A DNA stretch of 63,866 nt, counting the filler, from Octopus bimaculoides (lineage: Eukaryota): the NCBI RefSeq assembly GCF_001194135.2. It is 3 parts of 2 records of this genome, joined end to end, with 100 filler letters (N's around TTAATTAATTAA, not from the genome) between each part and the next. Parts side by side here need not be neighbours in the genome. Positions count along the whole stretch, not along the records: positions 1 to 25,586 come from NC_068982.1; 2 more parts are not named here. One strand, 5' to 3'. The notes beneath the pieces were generated by a model. That model saw only the letters and a program-made list of their open reading frames with translations. It made no database searches and was not told the DNA's origin. A program made the position numbers and the translations under genes. Every line of letters begins with the position of its first letter. Positions within the stretch are counted from its first letter, which is position 1. Positions 11,656 to 23,000 of this stretch are shown piece after piece.

Positions 11656-12327
11656 TACTATATATTTCTACTATATAGAATATTGTCACTGTATAGTATA
11701 TCTGTCCCAGATAGTATAGTATAAGACGATATAGTACAATTTAAGGGAGTCTAGGTTGTTATTTCTATCATGTTCAGCGGTCATGTAGACAATCGATCGT
11801 TGGCTTGAGGTACAGTGCAGTAGACGATGTAAACGGTCGTTGATCTGTCTCCTTCATTTGGGTCACCATCAGTGTCACCTTAAAGCAGGAGCACACTGGG
11901 CCCCACCGGTCTAAGAGCCCAATTCTGATTTATGTATACTCTGGCTTGCTGTTAATAAACTATGGGGCCCAGTGCACTGTTTTCCCTAGAGCCTATAATG
12001 CCGCTTAGATGGCCCTGGTTGCTAATTTTTTGAAATGCATGCATGTCACAACATCAAATGTCCTCTTTTCAATCACTCAAAAGCCTGACTGATATCTAAT
12101 CAAAATTAACTATTTCTTTCATGGCGGGAGTCGTAGTACACCAACGTTTTGACCTACAAAGTCGGCGATCAGATTTCTATATCCAGCTGGAAACTATTAT
12201 TTCAGCATAGACAGATGCAACCAACTTTACCAGTTACCCGCATTTCCTCTTCTGCGTTATCCCGTTTAATGAGGTCCACTTTGTAAAACAGCTAGTGCAT
12301 GCGTGTGTGCGTGTGTGTGTGTAATAT

Positions 12328-12528
12328 TAATTATTATTATAATAAACCTTTCTACAATAGGCACAAGGGGCTTGAAATTTTATGGGGAGGAGGTTAGTCG
12401 CTTAGATCCACCCCAAAGGATAAAAGATAAAATCAACCTCGGCGGAATTTGAACTCAGATCGTGGACTAGAAGAAATGGCGCTAAGCATTTTGTCCGGAG
12501 TGCTAACAATCCTTTTAACTCGCTGCCA
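12328..12528 (-). mobile_element. SINE family M
   Basis: cctttctacaataggcacaagg...cctcggcggaatttgaactcag. Confidence 0.75.
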
Positions 12529-12554
12529 TATTATAATACTTTTTTACTACTATT

Positions 12555-12758
12555 CGTTTACTCGTTTACTTGTTTCAGTCATTTGACTGCGGCCATGCTG
12601 GAGCACCGCCTTTAGTCGAGCAAATCGACCCCAAGACTTATTCTTTGTAAGCCTAGTACTTATTCTATCGTCTCTTTTGCCGAACCGCTAAGTTACGGGG
12701 ACGTAAACACCAGCATCGGTTGTCAAGCGATGCTGGGGGGACAAACACAAACACACAA

Positions 12759-12795
<37 letters not shown>

Positions 12796-12960
12796 GGACG
12801 GGTTTCTTTCAGTTTCCGTCCACCAAATCCACTCACAAGGCTTTGGTCGGCCCAAGGCTATAGTAGAAAGCACTTGCCCAAGGTGCCACGCGGTAGGAAT
12901 GAACCAGGAACCATGTGGTTGGTAAGCAAGCTACTTACCACACAGTCACTCCTGCACCTA
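12555..12960 (-). mobile_element. SINE family C, full length
   Basis: Head (reverse complement aggtgcaggagtgactgtgtggtaagtagcttgc...ggttcctggttcattcc), CORE-like segment, (CA)/(TA)n spacer and 3' module. Confidence 0.9.
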
Positions 12961-13855
12961 TGGTACAAGGTTTTAAATTATGTAGGAGGGAGCCGATTAG
13001 ATCGCCCTCACTGCTCAATTTGTACTTATTTTGTCGATCTCGGCAGAATTTAAACTCAAATCAGAAAGACGGACGAAATTCCGCGAAGCATTTTGTCCGG
13101 CATGCTGTAGCTGCTGCGGCAGTGAACTTGCTGTACGAATCAGAAAGGCTGCCAAGAAGTTGTCTTGCGATATTTAGCCTCGTCTCTTTACATTCTGAGT
13201 TCAAATCCTTGAAGAGCAAATAAAATCCACATTTTTTAGTAAAAGTTATTGCTCATTGATAGATGGTGGTGGTGGTGGTGGGGGTGGTCGATCTGGTCTG
13301 GCATGGGACTAAACAACAACAACAACAATAACTAGAGCAACACCGGAAGGATGAAGGAAAAACTTGACCCTCGGGGGTGGGGCGGTGGTTTAGAGGCAAC
13401 GTCAATATAAACAGCAAATGTAGAAAATAAATATTGAAATAGAGAATAAAAATAGTTTCAAACGAGGAAGAAGTTTCTGGTTTTTGGTTTCAATAACTGA
13501 CATGTGACAACATTCTTTACCATTTTTGTCCTGGACAGGGGGTTTTCAGAAGGAGGAAGAGAGAGAGCCAGACATTGAGAAAGAAATAGAGGGAGGGAGG
13601 ACCGGATTTAAAGCTCATTGCTAGACTCCCATCCCCCATGATTCGCGCGAACACGCACACACATACTCACACATACACCAGCACACACACACACGTGTGT
13701 GTAGGTACGCATGGGTGTATACACACATTGGAGTACTTTTCTTTTTATTTTTTGACACTTTACCGTATGACTAAGAATACCTGCACGTATACATATATGT
13801 ATATATGTTTATGTACATACTTTTATGTATACCTCTATATACTCTTGCAAACCAT

Positions 13856-13919
<64 letters not shown>

Positions 13920-14875
13920 TCTGTGTGTGTGCGTGTGTGTACGTATGTCCTCACGAACGTCAGGCGCTAGACATTTTCCTGTTTATTTCAATTATCTACA
14001 CATGATTTTTTTAACATATACATCCATATATAATTTGATAGATGTGTGTGTGTATGTGTGTGTATGTGTGTGTGTGTGTGTGTGTAATGTATTTAAGGAC
14101 GGGTGACTATTTTTCTTAGTATATAAGTGAGTTTGCTTGTATATGCGTGTGTATGTCTCTTTGAGTGTTTCCAGGTGTTTAGGAATCTCTATACACACTT
14201 CCTATATATATATATATNNNNNNNNNNNNNNNNNNNNNNNNNNNNNNNNNNNNNNNNNNNNNNNNNNNNNNNNNNNNNNNNNNNNNNNNNNNNNNNNNNN
14301 NNNNNNNNNNNNNNNNNNNNNNNNNNNNNNNNNNNNNNNNNNNNNNNNNNNNNNNNNNNNNNNNNNNNNNNNNNNNNNNNNNNNNNNNNNNNNNNNNNNN
14401 NNNNNNNNNNNNNNNNNNNNNNNNNNNNNNNNNNNNNNNNNNNNNNNNNNNNNNNNNNNNNNNNNNNNNNNNNNNNNNNNNNNNNNNNNNNNNNNNNNNN
14501 NNNNNNNNNNNNNNNNNNNNNNNNNNNNNNNNNNNNNNNNNNNNNNNNNNNNNNNNNNNNNNNNNNNNNNNNNNNNNNNNNNNNNNNNNNNNNNNNNNNN
14601 NNNNNNNNNNNNNNNNNNNNNNNNNNNNNNNNNNNNNNNNNNNNNNNNNNNNNNNNNNNNNNNNNNNNNNNNNNNNNNNNNNNNNNNNNNNNNNNNNNNN
14701 NNNNNNNNNNNNNNNNNNNNNNNNNNNNNNNNNNNNNNNNNNNNNNNNNNNNNNNNNNNNNNNNNNNNNNNNNNNNNNNNNNNNNNNNNNNNNNNNNNNN
14801 NNNNNNNNNNNNNNNNNNNNNNNNNNNNNNNNNNNNNNNNNNNNNNNNNNNNNNNNNNNNNNNNNNNNNNNNNNT

Positions 14876-15325
14876 TACTCAAGAAACAGGAAGAAAGAGT
14901 GAGAGAAAGTTGGGGCGAAAGAGTACAACAGGGGTCACCACCACCCCCTGCCGGAGCCTCGTGGAGCTTAGGTGTTTTCGCTCAATAAACACTCACAACG
15001 CCAGGTCTGAGAGTTGAAACCACGATCCTCCGACCGCGAGTCCGCTGCCCTAACCTCTGGGCCATTGCGCCTCCTTGCGCCCTTTTAAAGCCTAGCCATG
15101 CTCATGGTCCCGGTTTCCCGGTTTCAATGGCGTATGTGTTCCCCAGCTAGACGGGACACCAGTCCATCGCAGCGTTACTCATTTTTTGCCAGCTGAGTGG
15201 ACTGGAGCAACATGAAATGAAGTGTTTTGTTCAAGAGCACAACGCGTCGCCCGGTCCAGGAATCGAAACCACAATCTTACGATCATGATGCTGACACTCT
15301 AACCACTAAGCCACGCGCCTCCACG
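14876..15325 (-). mobile_element. Head-to-tail pair of tRNA-derived SINEs (V-a 15325-15075 followed directly by V-b 15075-14876, truncated by the gap)
   Basis: Two tRNA-like heads on the minus strand: gtggaggcgcgtggcttagtggttag...gtttcgattcc and ggaggcgcaatggcccagaggttag...gtttcaactc. The first has a CORE-like segment and the gatggactggtgtcccgtc module. Confidence 0.8.
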
Positions 15326-15499
15326 TACATCTCTCATACTGAATATGAATTGATGTTATTTTTTATTTGTTTCTTTTGTAACTCGTTGTATTTTTGATTT
15401 AGTTACGCAAATAAATAAATTATAGGTAAAGATACTAGCCATTCAAATTTATATACATTAATACTTCATTTTACAAGGAACCACTTTACGAGAATCCGG

Positions 15500-15790
15500 G
15501 TTCACGAGTTTTGTTTTTCAAGCACTGGATCCAAATTTTGACCGAAATGCAAAAGTCTTTCTACTGCCGTAACAAAAGCTACTGCGTATTACCAAGAAAA
15601 TTATAGCAACAGAAAAAAAAGCTTCTTCTAGGCAAACAACTCTAGACTTGTTTTTTAAAAAGGAATCAACAAGTCCGTCTACGAGTGCTTGTGAATCGGT
15701 GATCGCGTCTACAAGTGATGGTGTGTGCGAGTTTAGTGTGATTGAAATCGATTCAGAAAATGATTATGATGATAATTTTTATCATAAAAG
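15500..15790 (+). pseudogene. C-terminal remnant of a pogo/Tigger-like DNA transposase
   Basis: Manual translation gives FQALDPNFDRNAKV, a frameshift, then KKASSRQTTLDLFFKKESTSPSTS...EIDSENDYDD. This resembles the 'DPNxERSxKV...EKK..QTxLDxFF' tail of Tigger transposases. Confidence 0.55.
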
Positions 15791-16411
15791 ATCTTGAGTA
15801 CAGCGGTTGATTCATTCGACTAAAAATTCTTCAAGGTGGTGCCCCAGCGTGGCTGCAGTCTAATGACTGAAACAAGTAAACGATAAATGATACGCGATAA
15901 GGTGCTGACCATCATATGCTTGGAACTAGTACGGTAGACCACGCTTTTGCTGACCCCTAAGATACTGTGCATTGAGACGAATTACTCACATATGTCTGTT
16001 CCATAGAGCATTGGCTAAAAATCAATAAATGTACTCTGTTGTACAATATAGCACGGGAAGGAAATATTGCTAACGCACTAGCATTTTATTAATCAAACTA
16101 ACTGTCGAAAATGTTTTTTAAAACGTAAATCGGTCGATCCAATTTATTTTAAAAAACCCTGAGTAACAGTAGATCTATAGTTTATGATAACAGTGTCTTT
16201 ATGAACAGTCAGCATACTTAGCGCTAGTGAAATCCCAAGTCAGGAGTGAAACTAGTTCAGCTTCTTCCTGTTTCTTTCTGTCCAATAAACTAGATATTGC
16301 ATCTAGAGATTATAGGGGTTACAAATATCTACTACATGCAGTATTTGCTAAAATCTACGGCTATGTTCTGTAGCAGAGAATAGTATGAAAACTAAACACT
16401 GTTAATACGCC

Positions 16412-16800
16412 AATAATAATAATAATAATAATAATAATCTTTTCTACTATAGGCACAAGGCCTGAAATTTCGGGGAAGGGGACTAGTCGATTACATTAAC
16501 CCCAGTAGACGACTGGTACTTATTTTATCGACTCCGAAAGAATGAAAGGCAAAGTGGACTTCAGTGGAATTTGAACTAAGAATGAAGCAACGGGCGAAAT
16601 ATCTCTAAGTATTTCGTCCAGCGTGCCAACGATTCTGCTAGCAATAACAATAATCCTTTCTACTATAGGCATAAGACTTCAGATTTTGCGGGGAGAAGGA
16701 CAGCCGATTATATTGACCCTAGTACTTGACAGGTACTCAATTTAATTTATCGGACCCGAAAGGATGAAAATTTCGACCTCGGCGAAATTTGAACTCGGAA
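16412..16800 (-). mobile_element. Two tandem SINE family M copies
   Basis: The tail signature cctttctactataggca(c/t)aag occurs twice (~16440, ~16655), each followed by the core. Confidence 0.85.
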
Positions 16801-16834
16801 CTAGCCAGCCTATTATATTATTATATTTGATATC

Positions 16835-17040
16835 ACAATGTAATCTCGTGTATATCGTTGGCGATTTTTTCTTCCTCCGTCATCCCTTCTTTGAACTTTC
16901 CTATATTTCCGACGAGGAGCTCCGCTCGAAACATCAAATTCTCTTTCTTTCCTTACCCGAGCGTCCAGTAACACAATACTGTATCACGTCCTCGCGTTGT
17001 TGATTTTTTTTTGTCGTTTTTCTTTTTTGAAATCACTATA
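16835..17040 (+). mobile_element. Penelope-like terminal fragment with a mutated minimal hammerhead motif, ending in (TA)n
   Basis: 16905-16939 reads attt-CCGACGA-G-GAGC-tcc-GCTC-GAAAC-ATC-aaat. Confidence 0.55.
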
Positions 17041-17420
17041 TATATATATATATATATATATNNNNNNNNNNNNNNNNNNNNNNNNNNNNNNNNNNNNNNN
17101 NNNNNNNNNNNNNNNNNNNNNNNNNNNNNNNNNNNNNNNNNNNNNNNNNNNNNNNNNNNNNNNNNNNNNNNNNNNNNNNNNNNNNNNNNNNNNNNNNNNN
17201 NNNNNNNNNNNNNNNNNNNNNNNNNNNNNNNNNNNNNNNNNNNNNNNNNNNNNNNNNNNNNNNNNNNNNNNNNNNNNNNNNNNNNNNNNNNNNNNNNNNN
17301 NNNNNNNNNNNNNNNNNNNNNNNNNNNNNNNNNNNNNNNNNNNNNNNNNNNNNNNNNNNNNNNNNNNNNNNNNNNNNNNNNNNNNNNNNNNNNNNNNNNN
17401 NNNNNNNNNNNNNNNNNNNN

Positions 17421-17460
<40 letters not shown>

Positions 17461-17481
17461 CACACACACACAACCGTGCGC

Positions 17482-17519
<38 letters not shown>

Positions 17520-18690
17520 ATGTACTTATCGAGTGAACAGTTGCTCTTTCACCCGTCCAGTCTGCGATACTTATCTACAAACAGCCCAGTTCCATCGTTG
17601 TGTCGCTGCACAGCTCCCCACCGCCACCGCCACCTTTCTCTTCCTCAATAGTACATTATCGCCATCATTATCTTTTGAAACCACAAACTCACTATCACGT
17701 CACCGCCACCACACCGCACACTACTGACACCACCACCACCACCACCACCACAAACACAAATACCACCAACACCGCCGCCACCACCAACAGTGATGGGTGT
17801 GCGTTGATAAATATACGCACTTATAAACACACATACATACGCACGCACGCACGCACGCACGTACGTACGTACGTACTCATACACACACCAATCTTCTTAA
17901 CTAGCTTCCCCTTTCCACGACGTCATCAATTTGGTAATTAGCCGATAATTGTTTTCTGTCTTTTAGCCAGGTCTTCGTGTTGTTCCACACACACACACAC
18001 ACACACACATACATACATACACCGTTCCACTTTTACTCCACCTACACAAGCCCTCCATAATCTGGTATGTTGTTCTTGATGTTGTTGTTTTCGTCATCGG
18101 TCTGTTGTTGGCGTTGCTGCTGTTGTTGTTATTGTTATTCTTGCTGTTGTTTATTGTCGTCGCCGTCGTCGTCGTCGTCGCCGTCGTCGTCGTTGCAATA
18201 GGATCAACTCTTCTCCTCCTCCTCCTCCTCCTCCTCCTCCGCCGTCTTCCTTCTTGCAGCGCTACCGACGACATCACTAAAAAGCTTTCCCAGTTCCCAG
18301 AGCTGCCATTTGCCACACGCCTTACTATCCATGCACACACACACACACATTGCATATGTGTAATCAATTAATCTCTCTCAGATATAAGCCTTATCGGCGG
18401 CATATGTTCTTAGGCAAGTTTATATGGTAAATCAACTTTTAACGAGAAGAAATCCATTTTTTTTTTGCTGTTGTTCTGCTGTCGTGTTGTTGTTGTTGTT
18501 ATTTTGAATCCGAATGAAAAATAAATAAATAATTGAAGACAGAACCATAATATAATATAATATAATAAAATATCAGAAAAAATGGTAAAATTAAAAATAA
18601 AACTATGAAATGAATTAAATTCAAAAATGAAATAACGTAAGTTTATTGTACAACCAACGGAACATACAAGGTAGAAATTATCTTATTATA

Positions 18691-18920
18691 AAGCGGCGAG
18701 CTGGCAGAAACGTTAGCACGCCGGACGAAATGCTTAGCGGTATTTTGTCTGCCGTCGTGACGTTCTGAGTTCAAATTGCGCCGAGGCCGACTTTGCCTTT
18801 CATCCTTTCGGGGTCGATAAATTAAGTACCAGTTACGCACTGGGGTCGATGTAATCGATCCCTTTGTCTGTCCTTGTTTGTCCCCTCTATGTTTAGCCCC
18901 TTGTGGGCAATAAAGAAATA
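18691..18920 (+). mobile_element. Young SINE family M variant with an alternative 3' tail and a 15-bp TSD
   Basis: Perfect direct repeat agaaattatcttatt at 18673-18687 and 18921-18935. The tail is ccctttgtctgtcc...gccccttgtgggcaataaagaaata. Confidence 0.9.
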
Positions 18921-19505
18921 AGAAATTATCTTATTTGGAATTCCACAACGTTTCCAGGCACCAACACTTTTACCACCACCACTACAACCTCCACCATCAC
19001 ACACACACACACATGCACATTAAAACATACACGCACACACACACACATGCAAGCATATGTATATATATGCATTTATATGTGTGTGTGTGCGTATATATAT
19101 ACACATACACACATACATGCAGACACAAAAACAGACACGCACACATAGACATACCACACGCACAGACGCAAGTAACCATTCCATTGCCTCTGATTTTGGA
19201 AAGCTGTGTAAACTAGATTTTGTGTTTTATTGCTTCAAGTTAGTGCAGTCTACGGACAGATAGATTATTGCCTCCTATGAATGTGATCTACTCAGTATAA
19301 ACAAACGCCGATGTAAAAATAGAACCAGAAAATACTGTTTAATTTTTCTCTCATATAAGATTCGCATCGGCCCCCGAAAGGAGGAAAAGCAGATTCGATT
19401 TCGGTGGAATTTGGATTCAGAACGTAAGAACGACCGAAACGCTTGTAAGCATTTTACCCGGCGCGCTATCTTGCCACCTTAATAATAATAATAATAATAA
19501 TAATA

Positions 19506-19623
19506 AACACTTTCAATACAGTAACCATAAGAGCATCACAGCAAACCACAGCACATACCCAAGGCACACAGAGCTGCGCTCGATAGTGAAGTGAAAGCAC
19601 GTTATAAAATAAAACTACTGAAT
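19506..19623 (+). mobile_element. Very short 3' end of an R4/Dong-type LINE (family C) inside an (AAT)n tract
   Basis: Encodes KTLSIQ* and has a UTR nearly identical to the reverse complement of 51657-51775. (AAT)n lies on both sides (19481-19505, 19624-19640). Confidence 0.8.
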
Positions 19624-19854
19624 GATAATAATAATAATAATCCTTTCTACTAAAAGCATAAGGCCTGAAATTTTGGAAGAGAGGACTAGTCGATAACATC
19701 TGGTTTCTTATATCACTGGTACTTATATCATTAACTCCAAAAGGATGAAAAGCAAAGTTGACATTGACGGAATTTGAACTCAGAACGTAAAAACGGACGG
19801 AATATCACTAAGCATTTCGCCCGGCGTGCTAACGATTCTGCCAGCTCACCACCC

Positions 19855-19888
<34 letters not shown>

Positions 19889-20100
19889 CCTTTCTACTAT
19901 AGGCACAANNNNNNNNNNTAAAAATTTGGGGTAGGGGGATAATCGATTACATCGACCCCCCCCCCCACGCCATACTCGACTGGTACTTTATATTACCAAC
20001 CACGAAAGGATGAAAGGCCAAGTGGACCTCGATGGAATTTAGACTCAGAACGTAACGTACAGACGGATGAAATTCCGGTAAGCATTTTTTCCCCCGGCAG
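19624..20100 (-). mobile_element. Two tandem SINE family M copies
   Basis: Bodies at 19641-19855 and ~19889-20100, each preceded by an (AAT)n tail. Confidence 0.85.
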
Positions 20101-20232
20101 TGTGCACATTCATCAGTGTAATCCCAACAATTAAAACAAGGAGCTCGTCATCACCACTCTCACACCCACCACTAACACCATTATTATAAATTCACCACCA
20201 CTATTACCATCGTCAGTATTAAATTCTCAATT

Positions 20233-20436
20233 AAAGCGGTGAGCTACCAGAATCGTTAGCACGCGGGGCATAGCGGTATTTCGTCCGTCTTTACGTTCTG
20301 AGTTCAAATTCCGCTGACTTTGCCTTTCATCCTTTCGGGGTCGATAAAATAAGTACCAGTTCAGCACTGGGGTCGATGTAACCAACTTATCCCCTCTCCC
20401 CGAAATTGCTGGCCTTGTGCCTAAATTAGAAACTAA
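20233..20436 (+). mobile_element. SINE family M with a 16-bp TSD
   Basis: Perfect direct repeat tattaaattctcaatt at 20217-20232 and 20437-20452. Confidence 0.9.
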
Positions 20437-21139
20437 TATTAAATTCTCAATTCCCTTGGTAGATCTTGTCGCGGTCTATTTTTTACTGCAAAACAAAACC
20501 CATCTATATAACATGGAATGTCTGACGACAGTACTGTACAAACAACAGGAAGGCAAGTTTAAGAGACGAGAAAGAAAAAAAGTTAAAGAAAAGGGAAAAA
20601 GAAACCCCAACAAAATAGCATTAGATGAAAGAAAAAATAACTGCCATGACAAAGTAAGGAAACTAAGCACAATAATAAAATCACTATGAAACGGTTTAAA
20701 ACAACAACCTCAGAATAGAAAAGTGAACACGCAAAGAAAAAATATGGAAAAAAAATTAACAAAAAAATCTAATAATGAATGGATAAATTGAGCTTCAGAT
20801 AAAACCAATTACGTTATTTTCAACGCTTTAAGTCTGCGCCTGTTCCGTTTATCTCGGTAAAATAATCCCAATTGCAAACAAAACTTCAGAACGTCAAGTT
20901 TTGTAATTGTGGAAGCCATCTTGCTCTCGTTTACAATAGATGAAACTACGTTTTAAACTCAGTTCGCTGTCATAGCCATTTCAACATAAACTCATTTACT
21001 TGTACATATAATAATTAACTTCTTTTAATTAACTTTCCAGTATATTTCACGCGACATATACATATGTAATAGAGAAAATTGGTTTTGTTCATTATGAATA
21101 AGTTGGTTGAATAATATAAGCTTTTTCATGAAATTTGCA

Positions 21140-21630
21140 GTTAAACATTGGCCCCAGTAAACAAAATGGAAAAGGCGTTGCCCCGGAGGAAGGCGTAGGA
21201 TGCACTGAAACAATTACTCTGACTCTGGGGCTCGCACTTGCGGACAGCCATCTCTGCTCCGGTAGCGGTGAGCAGGGATATGGTCCGAGGGCCAAGAACA
21301 CCGGAGGTCTCCGCTCTTACAGGCTCAACCATAAATCTGTCGGAGAGCGACTGATGTTTAGACATTGTTTTTCTCAGCTTGACGTACAACGGAGCCTGGG
21401 TTTGGTAGCTGACCGCATCAATTTGCTGCTGGAGAAGGTGTAGCATCCCAGATGAGAAGCCTGCCAAAATGGAACTGTAAAATTGCCAAACCGTTCGTTC
21501 GAGCTGGAAAGGGAACCTGCAGCGCCTAGGTCACGCTTTATGATCTTGTTAAGGGCGACATAGCGTGAAAGGCGGCCAGCGATATGACGGCATAACAATG
21601 GGTGGAGGCCGAAAGAATGCATAATGGATG
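21140..21630 (-). pseudogene. 5'-truncated, frameshifted 3' end of a CRE-like (early-branching RLE) non-LTR retrotransposon
   Basis: Stitched minus-strand frames read GLHPLLCRHIAGRLSRYVALNKIIKRDL ... GRLLIWDAT ... KHQSLSDRFMVEPVRAETSGVLGPRT ... LRGNAFSIL. This matches the zinc-knuckle (HPLxC...RH) plus RLE C-terminus 'WDxT...PxAxETxG.xGP...RGNA'. The segment is GC-rich against the background. Confidence 0.8.
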
Positions 21631-22484
21631 CTGAAACACACCTTAATCACATCAAATTCAAATGATTATTTCATTATGACTGAACTCACAATTCCCTGGA
21701 ATGACAGACTTAATATTTCTCACTAACTGAAAAAAGCAAGTATCAAGATGAGACTCTTGGCTACAGTATGCCGGCTACGTTCAGTCTCTGTCTACCAAAT
21801 CCATTGGCATGGCTTTGGCCAGCCTAGGATATGAATTTCTTTTACCCACGAGAGTTCCGGACCCCAGCAATGAACTCGTTTGCATACAGCCAATCAGAGC
21901 TCACCTTGACCATGTTGTCAAGTTAAAAACACACTCTACCAAGTAAGCTCAAGATGAAGAAAGGTGTTGTAAGTCGACCGATCGCCAAGTTATGCCTGAT
22001 TTTAGAAGGAGACAAGTAATTAGATTTGCATCTATAACTATTATCGGATTTTGTTAGGGTCCCATATGGTAAAGACGTGGATGGGAAAAATGTGGGTAGA
22101 GGGTGATGTGCTAACAACCCTCACCATTTACTGCTTTACAAAGTCAACAACAACACAAATAACTACGCAGAGGTAGCCATGGTTGAAACAAGAACAAGAA
22201 CAACAAGCATTATTAAAAGATAAAAGAAGCATGGTCATTCCTTACCCAAGTGACCTTATCTTATCGCCCATCACTTGTTATGCGCTCATGAATTAGTTTG
22301 ATAATTGAACTCTGATTGGCTGTATGCAAATGTGTTTATAACTGAGGTCCAGAACTCTCGTGGAAAAAAATTCGCGCCTGGGACTATAGCAGATGACACT
22401 CACCTAAAGTGTCACGCCGTGAGACTGAATTCAGAATCATGTGGTTTGGAAGCAAACTTCTTGCCACACTGCCACCTATGTGTA

Positions 22485-22700
22485 CGAAGAGGTACTAAAA
22501 AGTTCCTGGCTTTGGGTAAAAGAAAATACAGGAGGATCAGTTAATTATGATTTTATCCAGTATATTCCCCTCTCAGATTCACACACTTATTGCAGCGGTC
22601 CTTTAGTTTTTCTAAGTCCTGAAACGAACTCGGAAGGTTGAGCCTCCAGCCTGGCCCTTCACGACACCTTTAAAGACAAGAACTTTTCAACACCCCTTCG
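22485..22700. mobile_element. Mariner-derived MITE, 216 bp, TA TSD
   Basis: Left end TA-cgaagaggtactaaaaagttcctggcttt; the reverse complement of the right end is TA-cgaaggggtgttgaaaagttcttgtcttt. No coding capacity. Confidence 0.8.
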
Positions 22701-23000
22701 TATAAAAATGTGCGCGCGCGCGTATTTGCGTGCGTTCCTAACACTTTGTAATTATGATAAAACGATACCACGAGGACGATAGAATGATACTGAAGATGAT
22801 AAAACAATACCACGTTTCATAACAGAGATCAACAAAAGAAGAAATCCCTGAAACCTTATATATCAAGCACTCATGTTATATTTACTCATTAACATCAGAA
22901 ATGAATCAGCTCAAGACTCTTATTAAAAACAGGAATCAAATTAAATGCCGTTTTATTCACTTAATTACAATGCATATATGTATGTATTTGCATGATATAT

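Noticed and set aside
11895-12020. hAT-like MITE end (cagggccatc...ggggcccc, minus strand); similar hint at ~27150-27262
   Set aside because: Only one end is recognisable, with no TIR pair or 8-bp TSD.
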